From NCBI GenBank assembly GCA_028717885.1, contig JAQUMX010000005.1, forward strand, positions 4,838 through 68,837: a stretch of 64,000 bases of DNA, given 5' to 3'. This DNA comes from Candidatus Omnitrophota bacterium (GTDB lineage Bacteria; Omnitrophota; Gorgyraeia; Gygaellales; Profunditerraquicolaceae). The notes beneath the pieces were generated by a model. It saw only the letters and a list, made by a program, of their open reading frames with translations, made no database searches and was not told where the DNA came from. The position numbers and the translations under genes were made by a program. Below, piece after piece: positions 15,785-23,915 of this stretch (its first letter is position 1; every line of letters begins with the position of its first letter).

Positions 15785-16453
15785 ATGCGCATACTATTAG
15801 TCGAAGACGAAATAAAAATGGCCAGTTTTATTGAACGCGGCTTAAAAGAAGAGGATTACGTCGTGGATGTAGCAAATGACGGCGAAAAGGCATTATTTTT
15901 GGCGGAAGTTAATCCCTATGACCTTATAATACTTGATATTATGTTGCCGGTTAAAGACGGTATTACAGTATGCCGGGAACTCAGGAGTAAGAAAATAAAT
16001 GTCTTTGTTTTGATGCTTACTTCAAAAGACAGGGTAAGGGATAAAGTTTTAGGCTTAAATTCCGGAGCCGATGATTATCTGGCCAAGCCGTTTGCTTTTG
16101 AGGAGCTGTTAGCCAGAATCAGCGCATTATTACGAAGAAATAAAACAGACAAAACCGGAATCTTGAAGATTGCCGACTTAGAGATGGATCAGCTTAAGCA
16201 TAAAGTTACGAGAGCCGGAAAAGAAATCCAGTTAACCAGCAAAGAGTTTGCGCTTTTGGAATACCTTATGCTTAACGCCACTCACGTCATCACCAGGACA
16301 ACGATTTCTGAGCACGTATGGCATGAGGATTTTGACAGCTTCACGAATGTTATAGATGTTTATATGAATTTTTTGCGCAATAAAATTGATAAGGGGCATA
16401 AAAAGCAGCTTATCCATACTATTCACGGCAAAGGATATGTCTTAAGGGAATAA
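15785..16453 (+). CDS. OmpR-family response regulator (CusR/CopR-like)
   Basis: REC domain MRILLVEDE...DLIILDIMLP plus a winged-helix output (LTSKEFALLEYLMLN...IHTIHGKGYVL). Confidence 0.9.
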   Translation: MRILLVEDEIKMASFIERGLKEEDYVVDVANDGEKALFLAEVNPYDLIILDIMLPVKDGITVCRELRSKKINVFVLMLTSKDRVRDKVLGLNSGADDYLAKPFAFEELLARISALLRRNKTDKTGILKIADLEMDQLKHKVTRAGKEIQLTSKEFALLEYLMLNATHVITRTTISEHVWHEDFDSFTNVIDVYMNFLRNKIDKGHKKQLIHTIHGKGYVLRE

Positions 16454-16455
16454 AA

Positions 16456-17484
16456 ATGCGCGCTAAAACTATTAAATTAAAAATCAGCATATTATACGCA
16501 TTCATATTGGGGGTTTTATTATCTTTATATATTGCTTTCTTACTTAATATTCCAGCGGATACGCTAAAAAGTATTAAATTGCTTTACATATTAATTCCTA
16601 TCCCTGTTACTTTATTATTCGGTTATTTTGTCGGTCAGATTATTGTAATAAGGATCTTAAGGCCGATTAAAGAAATTACCGATACCGCTAATAACATTAC
16701 CCATGAAGATCTAAGCTTGAGAGTAAAGGCAGAAAATGTTGATGAGGAGCTGCGTTGTTTGATAGAGGCTTTTAACGGGATGGTTTCGCGGCTGGGGGAG
16801 TCATTTGAATATATAACCGACTCAAGCTCGTATATCGCCCATGAATTAAAAACTCCTATCGCCATTATTAGAGGGGAATCGGAATTCGCCTTAAAAAAGG
16901 AGCGCGATAAAGAAGAATACAAAAGAGTAATCAGCGTCAGCTTGGAAGAGACCAAGAGGATGCTTAAAATCATAGAGGACTTGCTGCTATTGACCAAAAT
17001 GAATTACCAACCTGATGTTTTGAAATTTGAGCAGATTGATTTAACTGAGTTCTTCCGGATAATATATGAACAGGCAAAGATTTTAGCTTCCAAGAAGAAT
17101 ATAACGGTAAATACTGATATTCCTGAAGAGGCGGGCGCCGTCAATGCTGATGAGCTGCATTTGAGACGACTGTTTCTGAACCTAATAGATAATGCGATAA
17201 AATTTACCCCGGTTAACGGCAGCATAGGTATAAGTTTAAAGCACGAAAACCAGAAAGCCCTTGTTTCTATCACGGATACAGGAATCGGCATCGAAGAGGA
17301 GAACATGCCGAAGCTTTTTGAAAAGTTTTTCCGTATCGAAGGAAAGGCTAAAGATGACGCGCCTAGCAGCGGATTAGGTTTGAGCATCGCCCAATCGATA
17401 GCCGAGTTGCACGATGGCGAAATTTCGGTAACCAGCCGCGTCGGGCAAGGCTCTAATTTTACCGTCTCCATCCCACTTCTTTAA
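16456..17484 (+). CDS. sensor histidine kinase (HAMP-HisKA-HATPase), partner of the OmpR-type regulator
   Basis: H-box SSYIAHELKTPIAII, N-box LIDNAIKFT, G-boxes DTGIGI and SGLGLSIA. Starts 3 nt after the regulator stop. Confidence 0.9.
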   Translation: MRAKTIKLKISILYAFILGVLLSLYIAFLLNIPADTLKSIKLLYILIPIPVTLLFGYFVGQIIVIRILRPIKEITDTANNITHEDLSLRVKAENVDEELRCLIEAFNGMVSRLGESFEYITDSSSYIAHELKTPIAIIRGESEFALKKERDKEEYKRVISVSLEETKRMLKIIEDLLLLTKMNYQPDVLKFEQIDLTEFFRIIYEQAKILASKKNITVNTDIPEEAGAVNADELHLRRLFLNLIDNAIKFTPVNGSIGISLKHENQKALVSITDTGIGIEEENMPKLFEKFFRIEGKAKDDAPSSGLGLSIAQSIAELHDGEISVTSRVGQGSNFTVSIPLL

Positions 17485-17679
17485 GTAACAAATCTTAAAT
17501 TCCCCCTCGCATTTTTCGGATAGCCAATTATTAAAAATTTTAATTTCTTTTTAACGCTTCTTTAATCCGGCATAAGGCATACTTATTCCGGATGAAAAAA
17601 TGGAAATTGGGTGGCTGTGGGGGTTTATTAAGAAATGTAGTTTAACTCTGCAGCCGCCCGCTCATTTAAAGGAGCGGGA

Positions 17680-18408
17680 ATGACAAGGATCCTTATCGTT
17701 GAAGATGAAGAAAAGGTAAGAAGGATGTATAACGCAATGCTTAAAAACGAGGGTTTTGTGGTTCTCGAGGCCCCTGATGCTATTCAGGCATCCTATATAT
17801 TGAATAGAGAACCCGTAGACATAATGCTGCTTGATATAAAAATGCCGCAGGTCTACGGCAGCATGTTTTACGATATGATGCAGAGATCTTACAAGAATAT
17901 TAAAGTAATCGTTGCCAGCGTTTATCCAGTTGATGAGCAGAAAGAAATGATTAAGGGTGCCGCGGATTATTACGATAAATCACAAGGGCTCGATTTGCTG
18001 CTGGAAAAAATCAAGAAAGTCGAGCACAGTATTAAACAGCAAAAAAGCATATTGGTGATTGATGATGAGCCCCGTATCAGGATGATATACCGCCATTATT
18101 TAGAGGAGCACGGCTATCGTATTATTGAAGCCTATGACGGCGATGCCGGTTTAGATATATTAAGGAAGAGCAATGAAGTTGCCTTAGTAATTCTTGACCT
18201 TGCCATGCCTAAGCAAAGTGGGTTTGAAATTTACGAACAGATAAAAAGAGAATTTCCTAACATAAAAATATTAGTCGCCAGTGTTTTTAACCAAAACGAC
18301 CAGCAATTTTTTCTTCCCAATGCCGATGACTATTATGATAAATCAGAAGATGCATCCGGCTTGATCAAGAAAATAGAAAAACTAATATTCACAGATTCTC
18401 CTGCGTAA
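17680..18408 (+). CDS. tandem receiver-domain protein (REC-REC, no output domain)
   Basis: Two CheY-like modules (RILIVEDEE...IMLLDIKMP and SILVIDDEP...LVILDLAMPKQSG). The SD is partly buried in a 7-bp hairpin at 17657-17678. Confidence 0.85.
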   Translation: MTRILIVEDEEKVRRMYNAMLKNEGFVVLEAPDAIQASYILNREPVDIMLLDIKMPQVYGSMFYDMMQRSYKNIKVIVASVYPVDEQKEMIKGAADYYDKSQGLDLLLEKIKKVEHSIKQQKSILVIDDEPRIRMIYRHYLEEHGYRIIEAYDGDAGLDILRKSNEVALVILDLAMPKQSGFEIYEQIKREFPNIKILVASVFNQNDQQFFLPNADDYYDKSEDASGLIKKIEKLIFTDSPA

Positions 18409-18456
18409 TTAATTAAAGCCCCTGTAATTTGGTTAAAAGGGGTAAGGAGGTTGATT

Positions 18457-18681
18457 ATGTGCCCATATTTTATTTCTTCAAAGCTTCAGAGTTTATGCGC
18501 TTGTTATCCGGGAAAACTATTTTGCCCGAGCCTTCAAAGAAGGCATGATTTTTGTTTTAGCAAATTCCGGGACTGCCACTATTTTAAAATAGAGGCATTT
18601 ACTGATACAAACTTAAATCAAAAAGGAGGTGTATATGGCAGAGAAACAGATGTCTCTTCAGCAGCTGAAAGAAGCGCTTGA
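18457..18681 (+). CDS. hypothetical Cys-rich 74-aa protein
   Basis: ATG at 18457 lies 6 nt after AAGGAGG. Sequence MCPYFISSKLQSLCACYPGKLFCPSLQRRHDFCFSKFRDCHYF... contains six Cys. Its 3' part overlaps the next small ORF in another frame. Confidence 0.35.
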   Translation: MCPYFISSKLQSLCACYPGKLFCPSLQRRHDFCFSKFRDCHYFKIEAFTDTNLNQKGGVYGRETDVSSAAERSA

Positions 18682-18760
18682 ACAGGCTAGTATCGCTGTA
18701 GGTGATATTATTGTGATAATTGAAGAAACGAGCGAAAACAAAGAAGCGCCCGCTCAATAA
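18635..18760 (+). CDS. hypothetical 41-aa protein (not in ORF track)
   Basis: ATG at 18635 lies 5 nt after AAAGGAGGTG. Sequence MAEKQMSLQQLKEALEQASIAVGDIIVIIEETSENKEAPAQ. Followed by a strong terminator-like hairpin. Confidence 0.45.
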   Translation: MAEKQMSLQQLKEALEQASIAVGDIIVIIEETSENKEAPAQ

Positions 18761-18784
18761 GAAAAACACCAAGGCTGTTTAAGC

Positions 18785-18822
18785 AACCCCAGGGTTAGCA
18801 TCCGCTAACCCTGGGGTTTAAA
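18785..18822 (+). terminator. intrinsic-terminator-like hairpin
   Basis: 15-bp perfect stem AACCCCAGGGTTAGC / GCTAACCCTGGGGTT (18785-18799 / 18804-18818), 4-nt loop, then a short TTT tail. Confidence 0.55.
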
Positions 18823-18855
18823 AAAGACGAGTAAAATTTTAAAGGAAAATTTGAT

Positions 18856-19392
18856 ATGCAGCTTTATATACCACAAAATATTTTTGTTCAAATAGCCATA
18901 CCCCTTTTGATTTTTTTGGCCCGGGCCGCGGATGTCAGCATGGCGGCAATGAGGATTATTTTTGTTACCCGGGGCATAAGAGCGCTTGCCGCAATCATAG
19001 GCTTTTTTGAAATGCTGATTTGGCTTATAGGAGTCACCCAGATAATGCAGAATTTAAATAACCCCATAAATTATATTGCTTTTGCGGCTGGATTCAGCAT
19101 GGGGACTTTTGTCGGCATCACAATAGAAAAAAGGATAGCTATAGGAAATTTAGCCATCCAATTTATAACAGAAAAGGATCCAGTTGGGTTATTAACATGT
19201 TTCCGCGCAAATGGTTACGGCGCAACCGCAATCGACGCGCAGGGGACATCCGGGCCTGTAAAGATTATTTTCATAATTGCGCGGCGCAAAACACTGGATA
19301 GGATATTAGATATAATAAAAAAATTTGACTCAAATGCATTTTATACCATAGGAGATGTACGAACGGTGGCGCGTCTAAGCCCCGCCATTTAA
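18856..19392 (+). CDS. UPF0316-family membrane protein (DUF5698/DUF2179)
   Basis: RIIFVTRGIRALAAIIGFFEMLIWLIGV ... GYGATAIDAQGTSGPVKIIFIIARRK matches the UPF0316 pattern (three TM segments plus a C-terminal DUF2179). Confidence 0.75.
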   Translation: MQLYIPQNIFVQIAIPLLIFLARAADVSMAAMRIIFVTRGIRALAAIIGFFEMLIWLIGVTQIMQNLNNPINYIAFAAGFSMGTFVGITIEKRIAIGNLAIQFITEKDPVGLLTCFRANGYGATAIDAQGTSGPVKIIFIIARRKTLDRILDIIKKFDSNAFYTIGDVRTVARLSPAI

Positions 19393-19504
19393 AAGGAAAT
19401 GAATGATGTGCCCTTATATCGTGTCGGTAAATTTATGGATTGTCCATTCTATAAATTAGAAATGAAGCCTATTATCATTAAGTCAGTACGGGGATCAAAA
19501 AGTA

Positions 19505-20185
19505 ATGAGGCATGAATACTTTAGTTTGGCTAATGCAAACCATTTTATGGATATGAGAAACATTTCAATTGATATTGAAAAAGAACTAAGGAAATTAAAC
19601 GACGAGTTGCTTAAAGGCTGCCGTTTAACACAGGAGGCTATAAGCAAAACATCTAGCGTCCTGGCGTGTTTTGATGCCCAAAAAATACAAGAGATAACGG
19701 ACAACAACAAAAAAATAGGAGTTCATTGCGTTGCTTTTGGCGAGCATTTCTCCGGCATCATCGAACAGCATAAGCCCGAAGGCGTAGTCCTTAAATTATT
19801 GTCTTCAGGAATAAGCATTTACGTTGAATTAAAGGAAATTTCTGATTTGACGATAGGGATTGCCAAAAGTTTATCGAATTTAGATATGGGAATACCGGAG
19901 AGATATAAAATCAACGCTTCTCAATTTGCTAAAATATTTCAAAATATCACCTGGGATTCCGTAATTTCTTTCTTGAAGCAGGATACAGAGCTAGCAAGAA
20001 AAACTATTTTAGCGAGTCTTGAACTGAAAAAAATATGCAACCGCGCGCGGGAAGATTTATTAGGGGCTGACCGGATATCCGAATCTGTAACTAAAAGTAA
20101 TTCCGATTTATTATTTATTATTCAATGTATCGAGGATATCGCTGTGCACACCGTTAATATTGCAGAGCATGTTGCATGTTTGTAA
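19505..20185 (+). CDS. PhoU-domain protein
   Basis: C-terminal IIQCIEDIAVHTVNIAEHV resembles the PhoU ERIGDHatNIAE motif, and the body is helical. The true start may be downstream (for example MDMRN at 19550). Confidence 0.55.
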   Translation: MRHEYFSLANANHFMDMRNISIDIEKELRKLNDELLKGCRLTQEAISKTSSVLACFDAQKIQEITDNNKKIGVHCVAFGEHFSGIIEQHKPEGVVLKLLSSGISIYVELKEISDLTIGIAKSLSNLDMGIPERYKINASQFAKIFQNITWDSVISFLKQDTELARKTILASLELKKICNRAREDLLGADRISESVTKSNSDLLFIIQCIEDIAVHTVNIAEHVACL

Positions 20186-20209
20186 TCAAAGAACACTAAG
20201 GAGCTCAAA

Positions 20210-20728
20210 ATGAAAGACAAGAAAATTTATATCACGCAAGCAGATTTTGACCGCCTTGCAGAAATAATCAAAAATATGAGATCTAAGCAGGAAATTGACA
20301 GGCGGTCTCTTGATGAACTGGAGCATAGCTTCAGCTCGCGGGATGAATTGGGATTAATTAAAGAGGTAAGAAAAATAAAGAATTCAAGAAATGATGCAGA
20401 GTGGGCACGGGTTGAAGACCTTGAAGCCGAATTAAACAAAGCAGTCATAGTTGATTCCGATAAGGTTCCGCCGGATATCGTTACCATGAACTCCAAGGTT
20501 TACCTTAGGGATATGGATACAGGTAAAGACGAGTTTTATCAACTGGTGTATCCCGATGATGCAGATATTGAACAAAGCAAGATTTCTATTTTAGCCCCTA
20601 TCGGCACCGCAATATTAGGCTATAAGGTAGGAGATATTATCGAATGGAAAGTTCCAGCAGGGATGAGAAAGCTGAAAATTAAGAAAATATTATATCAGCC
20701 GGAAGCGGTAAAAGATTACCATCTCTAA
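20210..20728 (+). CDS. rnk: Rnk (regulator of nucleoside diphosphate kinase) / GreA-GreB C-terminal-domain protein with an extended N-terminal coiled coil
   Basis: VVTMNSKVYLRDMDTG...LVYPDDADIEQSKISILAPIGTAILGYKVGDIIEW...ILYQPEAVKDYHL parallels E. coli Rnk (VVTMNSRVKF...[22 protein letters not shown]...LEYQPEAAGDYLL). Confidence 0.85.
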   Translation: MKDKKIYITQADFDRLAEIIKNMRSKQEIDRRSLDELEHSFSSRDELGLIKEVRKIKNSRNDAEWARVEDLEAELNKAVIVDSDKVPPDIVTMNSKVYLRDMDTGKDEFYQLVYPDDADIEQSKISILAPIGTAILGYKVGDIIEWKVPAGMRKLKIKKILYQPEAVKDYHL

Positions 20729-20781
20729 ACGTAGTTAGGCAAAAAACTATCGAAAACAGTTTAAAATAGGGAGAATATCAG

Positions 20782-20997
20782 ATGCGCGGGAAAATAGCAT
20801 TAATTATTGGGGATACGATAAAATATTCCGGAGAGCATACCGGCGTTATTGACAAAATCAGAGTAATTTCAACGGGCAACTATATTGAGCAATATGAATA
20901 TAACGGTAGTGACGAAGATATAGTTTTAAGCTTAAAAAATGACCACGGCATAGCAAATCTTTGGCTTAAGGATGTGGCTATTTCTAAAATATTTTGA
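20782..20997 (+). CDS. hypothetical 71-aa protein
   Basis: ORF with GGGAGA SD. No recognisable motif. Confidence 0.45.
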   Translation: MRGKIALIIGDTIKYSGEHTGVIDKIRVISTGNYIEQYEYNGSDEDIVLSLKNDHGIANLWLKDVAISKIF

Positions 20998-20999
20998 AA

Positions 21000-21287
21000 A
21001 TGAGCTGTAAGCGCAAGGGAAGGATTTCTGGTAGATTACTGGGCGTTAAAGTAAAGAAAATAGATAATAATGCCCGGAGATTAGTTGTGGAAGAAAAAAG
21101 AATCAGCGGAGAGAGGGTAAAATGTATAAAAATAATTTTTAGCATAGACCCTCATACATTGATTATAGCCAAAGGTAATAAATCCGTATGTTTTTCCGAT
21201 ATAAAAACCGGCAATAAGATTGATATAGATTTTATAAAGACTCAAGATAAGAAAATATTGGCTAAGGGCATTGTCATATTAGGCTAA
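21000..21287 (+). CDS. hypothetical ~95-aa protein (beta-rich, Lys-rich)
   Basis: The track start is a TTG at 20994. The ATG at 21000 overlaps the upstream stop region, which suggests translational coupling. Confidence 0.45.
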   Translation: MSCKRKGRISGRLLGVKVKKIDNNARRLVVEEKRISGERVKCIKIIFSIDPHTLIIAKGNKSVCFSDIKTGNKIDIDFIKTQDKKILAKGIVILG

Positions 21288-21364
21288 CTTTATTGAAGGA
21301 GTGCGCGAAGAAACATTTTAGCAATAGAGGTTAACAATAATTACATAACAGAAAGGAGCGTCGA

Positions 21365-21541
21365 ATGGCTGCAAAAATAAAGAAAGTTGTATCCGATAAA
21401 AAAGAAACAATCTCTAGGCCTGAGAAGTTATTCGTTGAGGTGCAAAAGAAAGCATATTATTTTTGGGAAAAAGAAGGAAAACCTCAAGGTAAAGATTGGG
21501 ATATGTGGCTTAAGGCAGAAAAAGAGCTTTTAGGTAGATAA
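21365..21541 (+). CDS. DUF2934-family mini-protein (58 aa; not in ORF track)
   Basis: GAAAGGAG SD. MAAKIKKVVSDKKETISRPEKLFVEVQKKAYYFWEKEGKPQGKDWDMWLKAEKELLGR carries the DUF2934 signature AYxxWExxGxPxGxDxxxWxxAE. Confidence 0.7.
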   Translation: MAAKIKKVVSDKKETISRPEKLFVEVQKKAYYFWEKEGKPQGKDWDMWLKAEKELLGR

Positions 21542-21598
21542 GATGATATTGAAGCAGGATAGTCACAATCCGGGTTTAAGCATAAAGGAGCAGAGGCC

Positions 21599-22057
21599 AT
21601 GGCAATAAACGTATTTGTTAGTTTTAACCACGCTGATCAAAAACAGATTGAAGCCTTTGATTTGCTAAAAAATAAAACAAAACATGTGTTTGAAGTTCAT
21701 GATCATTGTTGTAAAGAAGTATCGCCGGACGGCAGCGAAAAATTAATTATATGCCAGATAAGCGAAGGCCGTTCGAAACCAATGCGCGAAGAAATTATCA
21801 AGAAATTTGAACAGTGTTCCAAGCTGGTAGTTTTAATGGGGAATGAAACTTATAAAGATGCATGGGTTGAATGGGAAATCAACAATTTTTATAAGATGAA
21901 AGATGCGCTTTTACCGGGAAAAGCATGGATGAGTATTCGGGGCATGTTTCTTGAGGGCTGCGAAAAAGCAGCTGCTCCCAAGACGCTGGAGTGCAGATCG
22001 ACGAAGAGCCTGGAATGGGGCCCTGAAGCTTTAGAGAAATGGATAGAAGAGGGTTAG
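21599..22057 (+). CDS. TIR-like domain protein (DUF1863 / ThsB-type)
   Basis: N-terminal VFVSFNHADQKQIEAF and central REEIIKKFEQCSKLVVLMGNETYKDAWVEWEI match the ThsB/DUF1863 pattern (VFxSFxxxD ... vVLiGxxTxxxxWVxxEI). Confidence 0.65.
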   Translation: MAINVFVSFNHADQKQIEAFDLLKNKTKHVFEVHDHCCKEVSPDGSEKLIICQISEGRSKPMREEIIKKFEQCSKLVVLMGNETYKDAWVEWEINNFYKMKDALLPGKAWMSIRGMFLEGCEKAAAPKTLECRSTKSLEWGPEALEKWIEEG

Positions 22058-22315
22058 GACCTTGCCCGCTGCGCTGATTTCATTATCAATCTCACTTACC
22101 AATTTGGCTGATTTTCTCCCCGGATTTTTCTAAAAGATTTCGTTCTTGAGTTTAGCTGCCTGAGTGATAAAATATAGACATATAAAGTGTATTTCTGTTT
22201 GAAGATCTATATTCTGTATATTAAAAGGGGGTCAATAGTATGCTGCCGGTCGGTCCGTCCGCCATCAATTTATTCATGTTACGTATAAAAATATTGTTTC
22301 AGAATGGGAGAAAAA

Positions 22316-22642
22316 ATGAGTAAAAACAAATTGTCGGCGAAGGCATTCGTTATGGAGGATTTACTCAAGTATCAGGCCGACGCAATCGTCAGCCAAGAGA
22401 TCGTGAAAAAAGATACCGGCACCGTCACTTTATTCGCTTTTGACAAGGGGCAAGGATTAAGCGAGCATACGGCTCCGTTTGACGCTTTGGTGTATATTGC
22501 AGACGGCCGGGCGGAAATTAAGATTTCCGGGAAGCCCTCTATCGTAAAAAAAGGCGAGATGATCATTATGCCTGCTAATAAACCCCATGCCTTGAAAGCA
22601 GTGCAGAAATTCAAGATGCTCTTGGTTATGCTTAAGAGTTAA
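22316..22642 (+). CDS. cupin-domain protein
   Basis: GLSEHTAPFDALVYIADGRAEIKISG...GEMIIMPANKPHAL is a cupin two-motif pattern. The ATG at 22316 follows GGGAG by 5 nt. The track alternative is 22304. Confidence 0.75.
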   Translation: MSKNKLSAKAFVMEDLLKYQADAIVSQEIVKKDTGTVTLFAFDKGQGLSEHTAPFDALVYIADGRAEIKISGKPSIVKKGEMIIMPANKPHALKAVQKFKMLLVMLKS

Positions 22643-22726
22643 ACATGTAAGCGGCCAGGGCGCTTAATTTAAAGAATATCTGAATATCGAAACAATAAGG
22701 GATTTTTTCTTCGGACTCCAATCCCC

Positions 22727-22969
22727 ATGCCCTGGCATATCTATATCCTCGAATGTAAAGACGGTAAACTTTATACCGGCATCACCAATAACCTCTCCCG
22801 CAGAATTAAAGCCCACAACAGCGGCAATGGCTGCAGATATACTAAATACCGGGCTCCGGTAAAATTATTGTATAGCGAAGAAGTTCTTGATAAGCCATCG
22901 GCGCTTAAGAGGGAAATCCAAATCAAGCGCCTCAGAAGGCCGAAAAAACTGGCTTTGATTGCAAAATAG
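22727..22969 (+). CDS. GIY-YIG nuclease-superfamily small protein (UPF0213/YhbQ-like)
   Basis: WHIYILECKDGKLYTGITNNLSRRIKAHN gives the GIY...YTG...R...H motif. Confidence 0.8.
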   Translation: MPWHIYILECKDGKLYTGITNNLSRRIKAHNSGNGCRYTKYRAPVKLLYSEEVLDKPSALKREIQIKRLRRPKKLALIAK

Positions 22970-23044
22970 CAAAAACGCCCGTCCCCGCAAAAGGCATTCA
23001 TTTAAGCGGGGGCATGTTGAAAGGCTCTTTAGCATCTTTTTACT

Positions 23045-23073
23045 TTGACGCGAGCTCATTTATAGGGTATACT
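23045..23073 (+). promoter_or_regulatory. sigma70-type promoter
   Basis: TTGACG (23045-23050), 17-nt spacer, TATACT (23068-23073). Confidence 0.5.
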
Positions 23074-23079
23074 ATAGAG

Positions 23080-23152
23080 TAAATCCAAAGTTAAAGATTA
23101 GAAAATCCTTTAAGCCGTAAAGGGCACGACTACTAACCTTTACGGTTTTTTT
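23080..23152 (+). ncRNA. candidate ~70-nt sRNA or terminator-containing leader of plsC
   Basis: Bounded by the promoter above and an intrinsic terminator: CCGTAAAGG (23115-23123) / CCTTTACGG (23137-23145) followed by T7 (23146-23152). No ATG inside. plsC starts 33 nt later. Confidence 0.4.
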
Positions 23153-23184
23153 ACAGCAACATTACCTCGAATCGAGTAAAGCGA

Positions 23185-23907
23185 ATGTGGCCGAACATAA
23201 AGCAATCGATACAATCAGTGATAATATGGGTTGTGGGAACGGCTTTGGTCGTTATTTTATTTTTGGCGATGGCATTGTTGTCAATATTACTTTACCCCTT
23301 TGACCGCAAGCGCAAGATCGTCCACGCCCAGTGTTTTTGGTGGGCGGACGCAATGACTGCTTTGAACCCTTATTGGGACGTGCAAGTAAGCGGGCTTGAC
23401 AACATCGACCATAAAAAAACATACGTCGTTGTTTCTAACCACCAGAGCTTGGCTGATATCGTATTAATGTATAAGACTAAGATGCAATTTAAGTGGGTAG
23501 CTAAAGACAGCCTTTTCAAAATCCCGGTTTTAGGATGGAATATGCTGCTGGCGCGCCATATCCGGCTGCAGCGCGGCGATTTCTCAAGCATCAAAAAAGT
23601 TTATAGAGAAGCGGGAGAGTGGTTACGTAAAAAAGTATCAGTGGTGTTTTTTCCCGAAGGGACCAGAAGCGGTAACGGAGGAATAGGGGAATTTCAAAAT
23701 GGCGCATTTAAACTTGCAATCAAGGAAAAAGTGCCTATTTTGCCGGTGTTGATCAAAGGGACTAAAGACGCTATTCCCAAGGGAAGCTGGAGATTTACCA
23801 CCAAGGTTTCCTGTGTTGTGGAAGTGCTTGCTCCGATAGAAACCTCGCAGATGTTCTCCGGCGATTTTACCAAACTGCGCGATTTAACTAAAGCGCAATT
23901 ATCTTAA
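23185..23907 (+). CDS. plsC: 1-acyl-sn-glycerol-3-phosphate acyltransferase
   Basis: NHQSLADI (HX4D motif), FPEGTRS, and an N-terminal TM segment. Confidence 0.85.
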   Translation: MWPNIKQSIQSVIIWVVGTALVVILFLAMALLSILLYPFDRKRKIVHAQCFWWADAMTALNPYWDVQVSGLDNIDHKKTYVVVSNHQSLADIVLMYKTKMQFKWVAKDSLFKIPVLGWNMLLARHIRLQRGDFSSIKKVYREAGEWLRKKVSVVFFPEGTRSGNGGIGEFQNGAFKLAIKEKVPILPVLIKGTKDAIPKGSWRFTTKVSCVVEVLAPIETSQMFSGDFTKLRDLTKAQLS

Positions 23908-23915
23908 CTACGAAA

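Noticed and set aside
18457-19420. Shared start motif ATGTGCCCNTAT (MCPY...) at 18457 and 19405, suggesting a small Cys-peptide family. Also a 38-aa ORF at 19399-19515 (MNDVPLYRVGKFMDCPFYKLEMK...).
   Set aside because: An 8-mer recurring two or three times in 64 kb is within chance expectation (a third hit lies inside the hydrolase gene at ~48800). The second locus terminates after 18 codons in that frame, and SDs there are weak.
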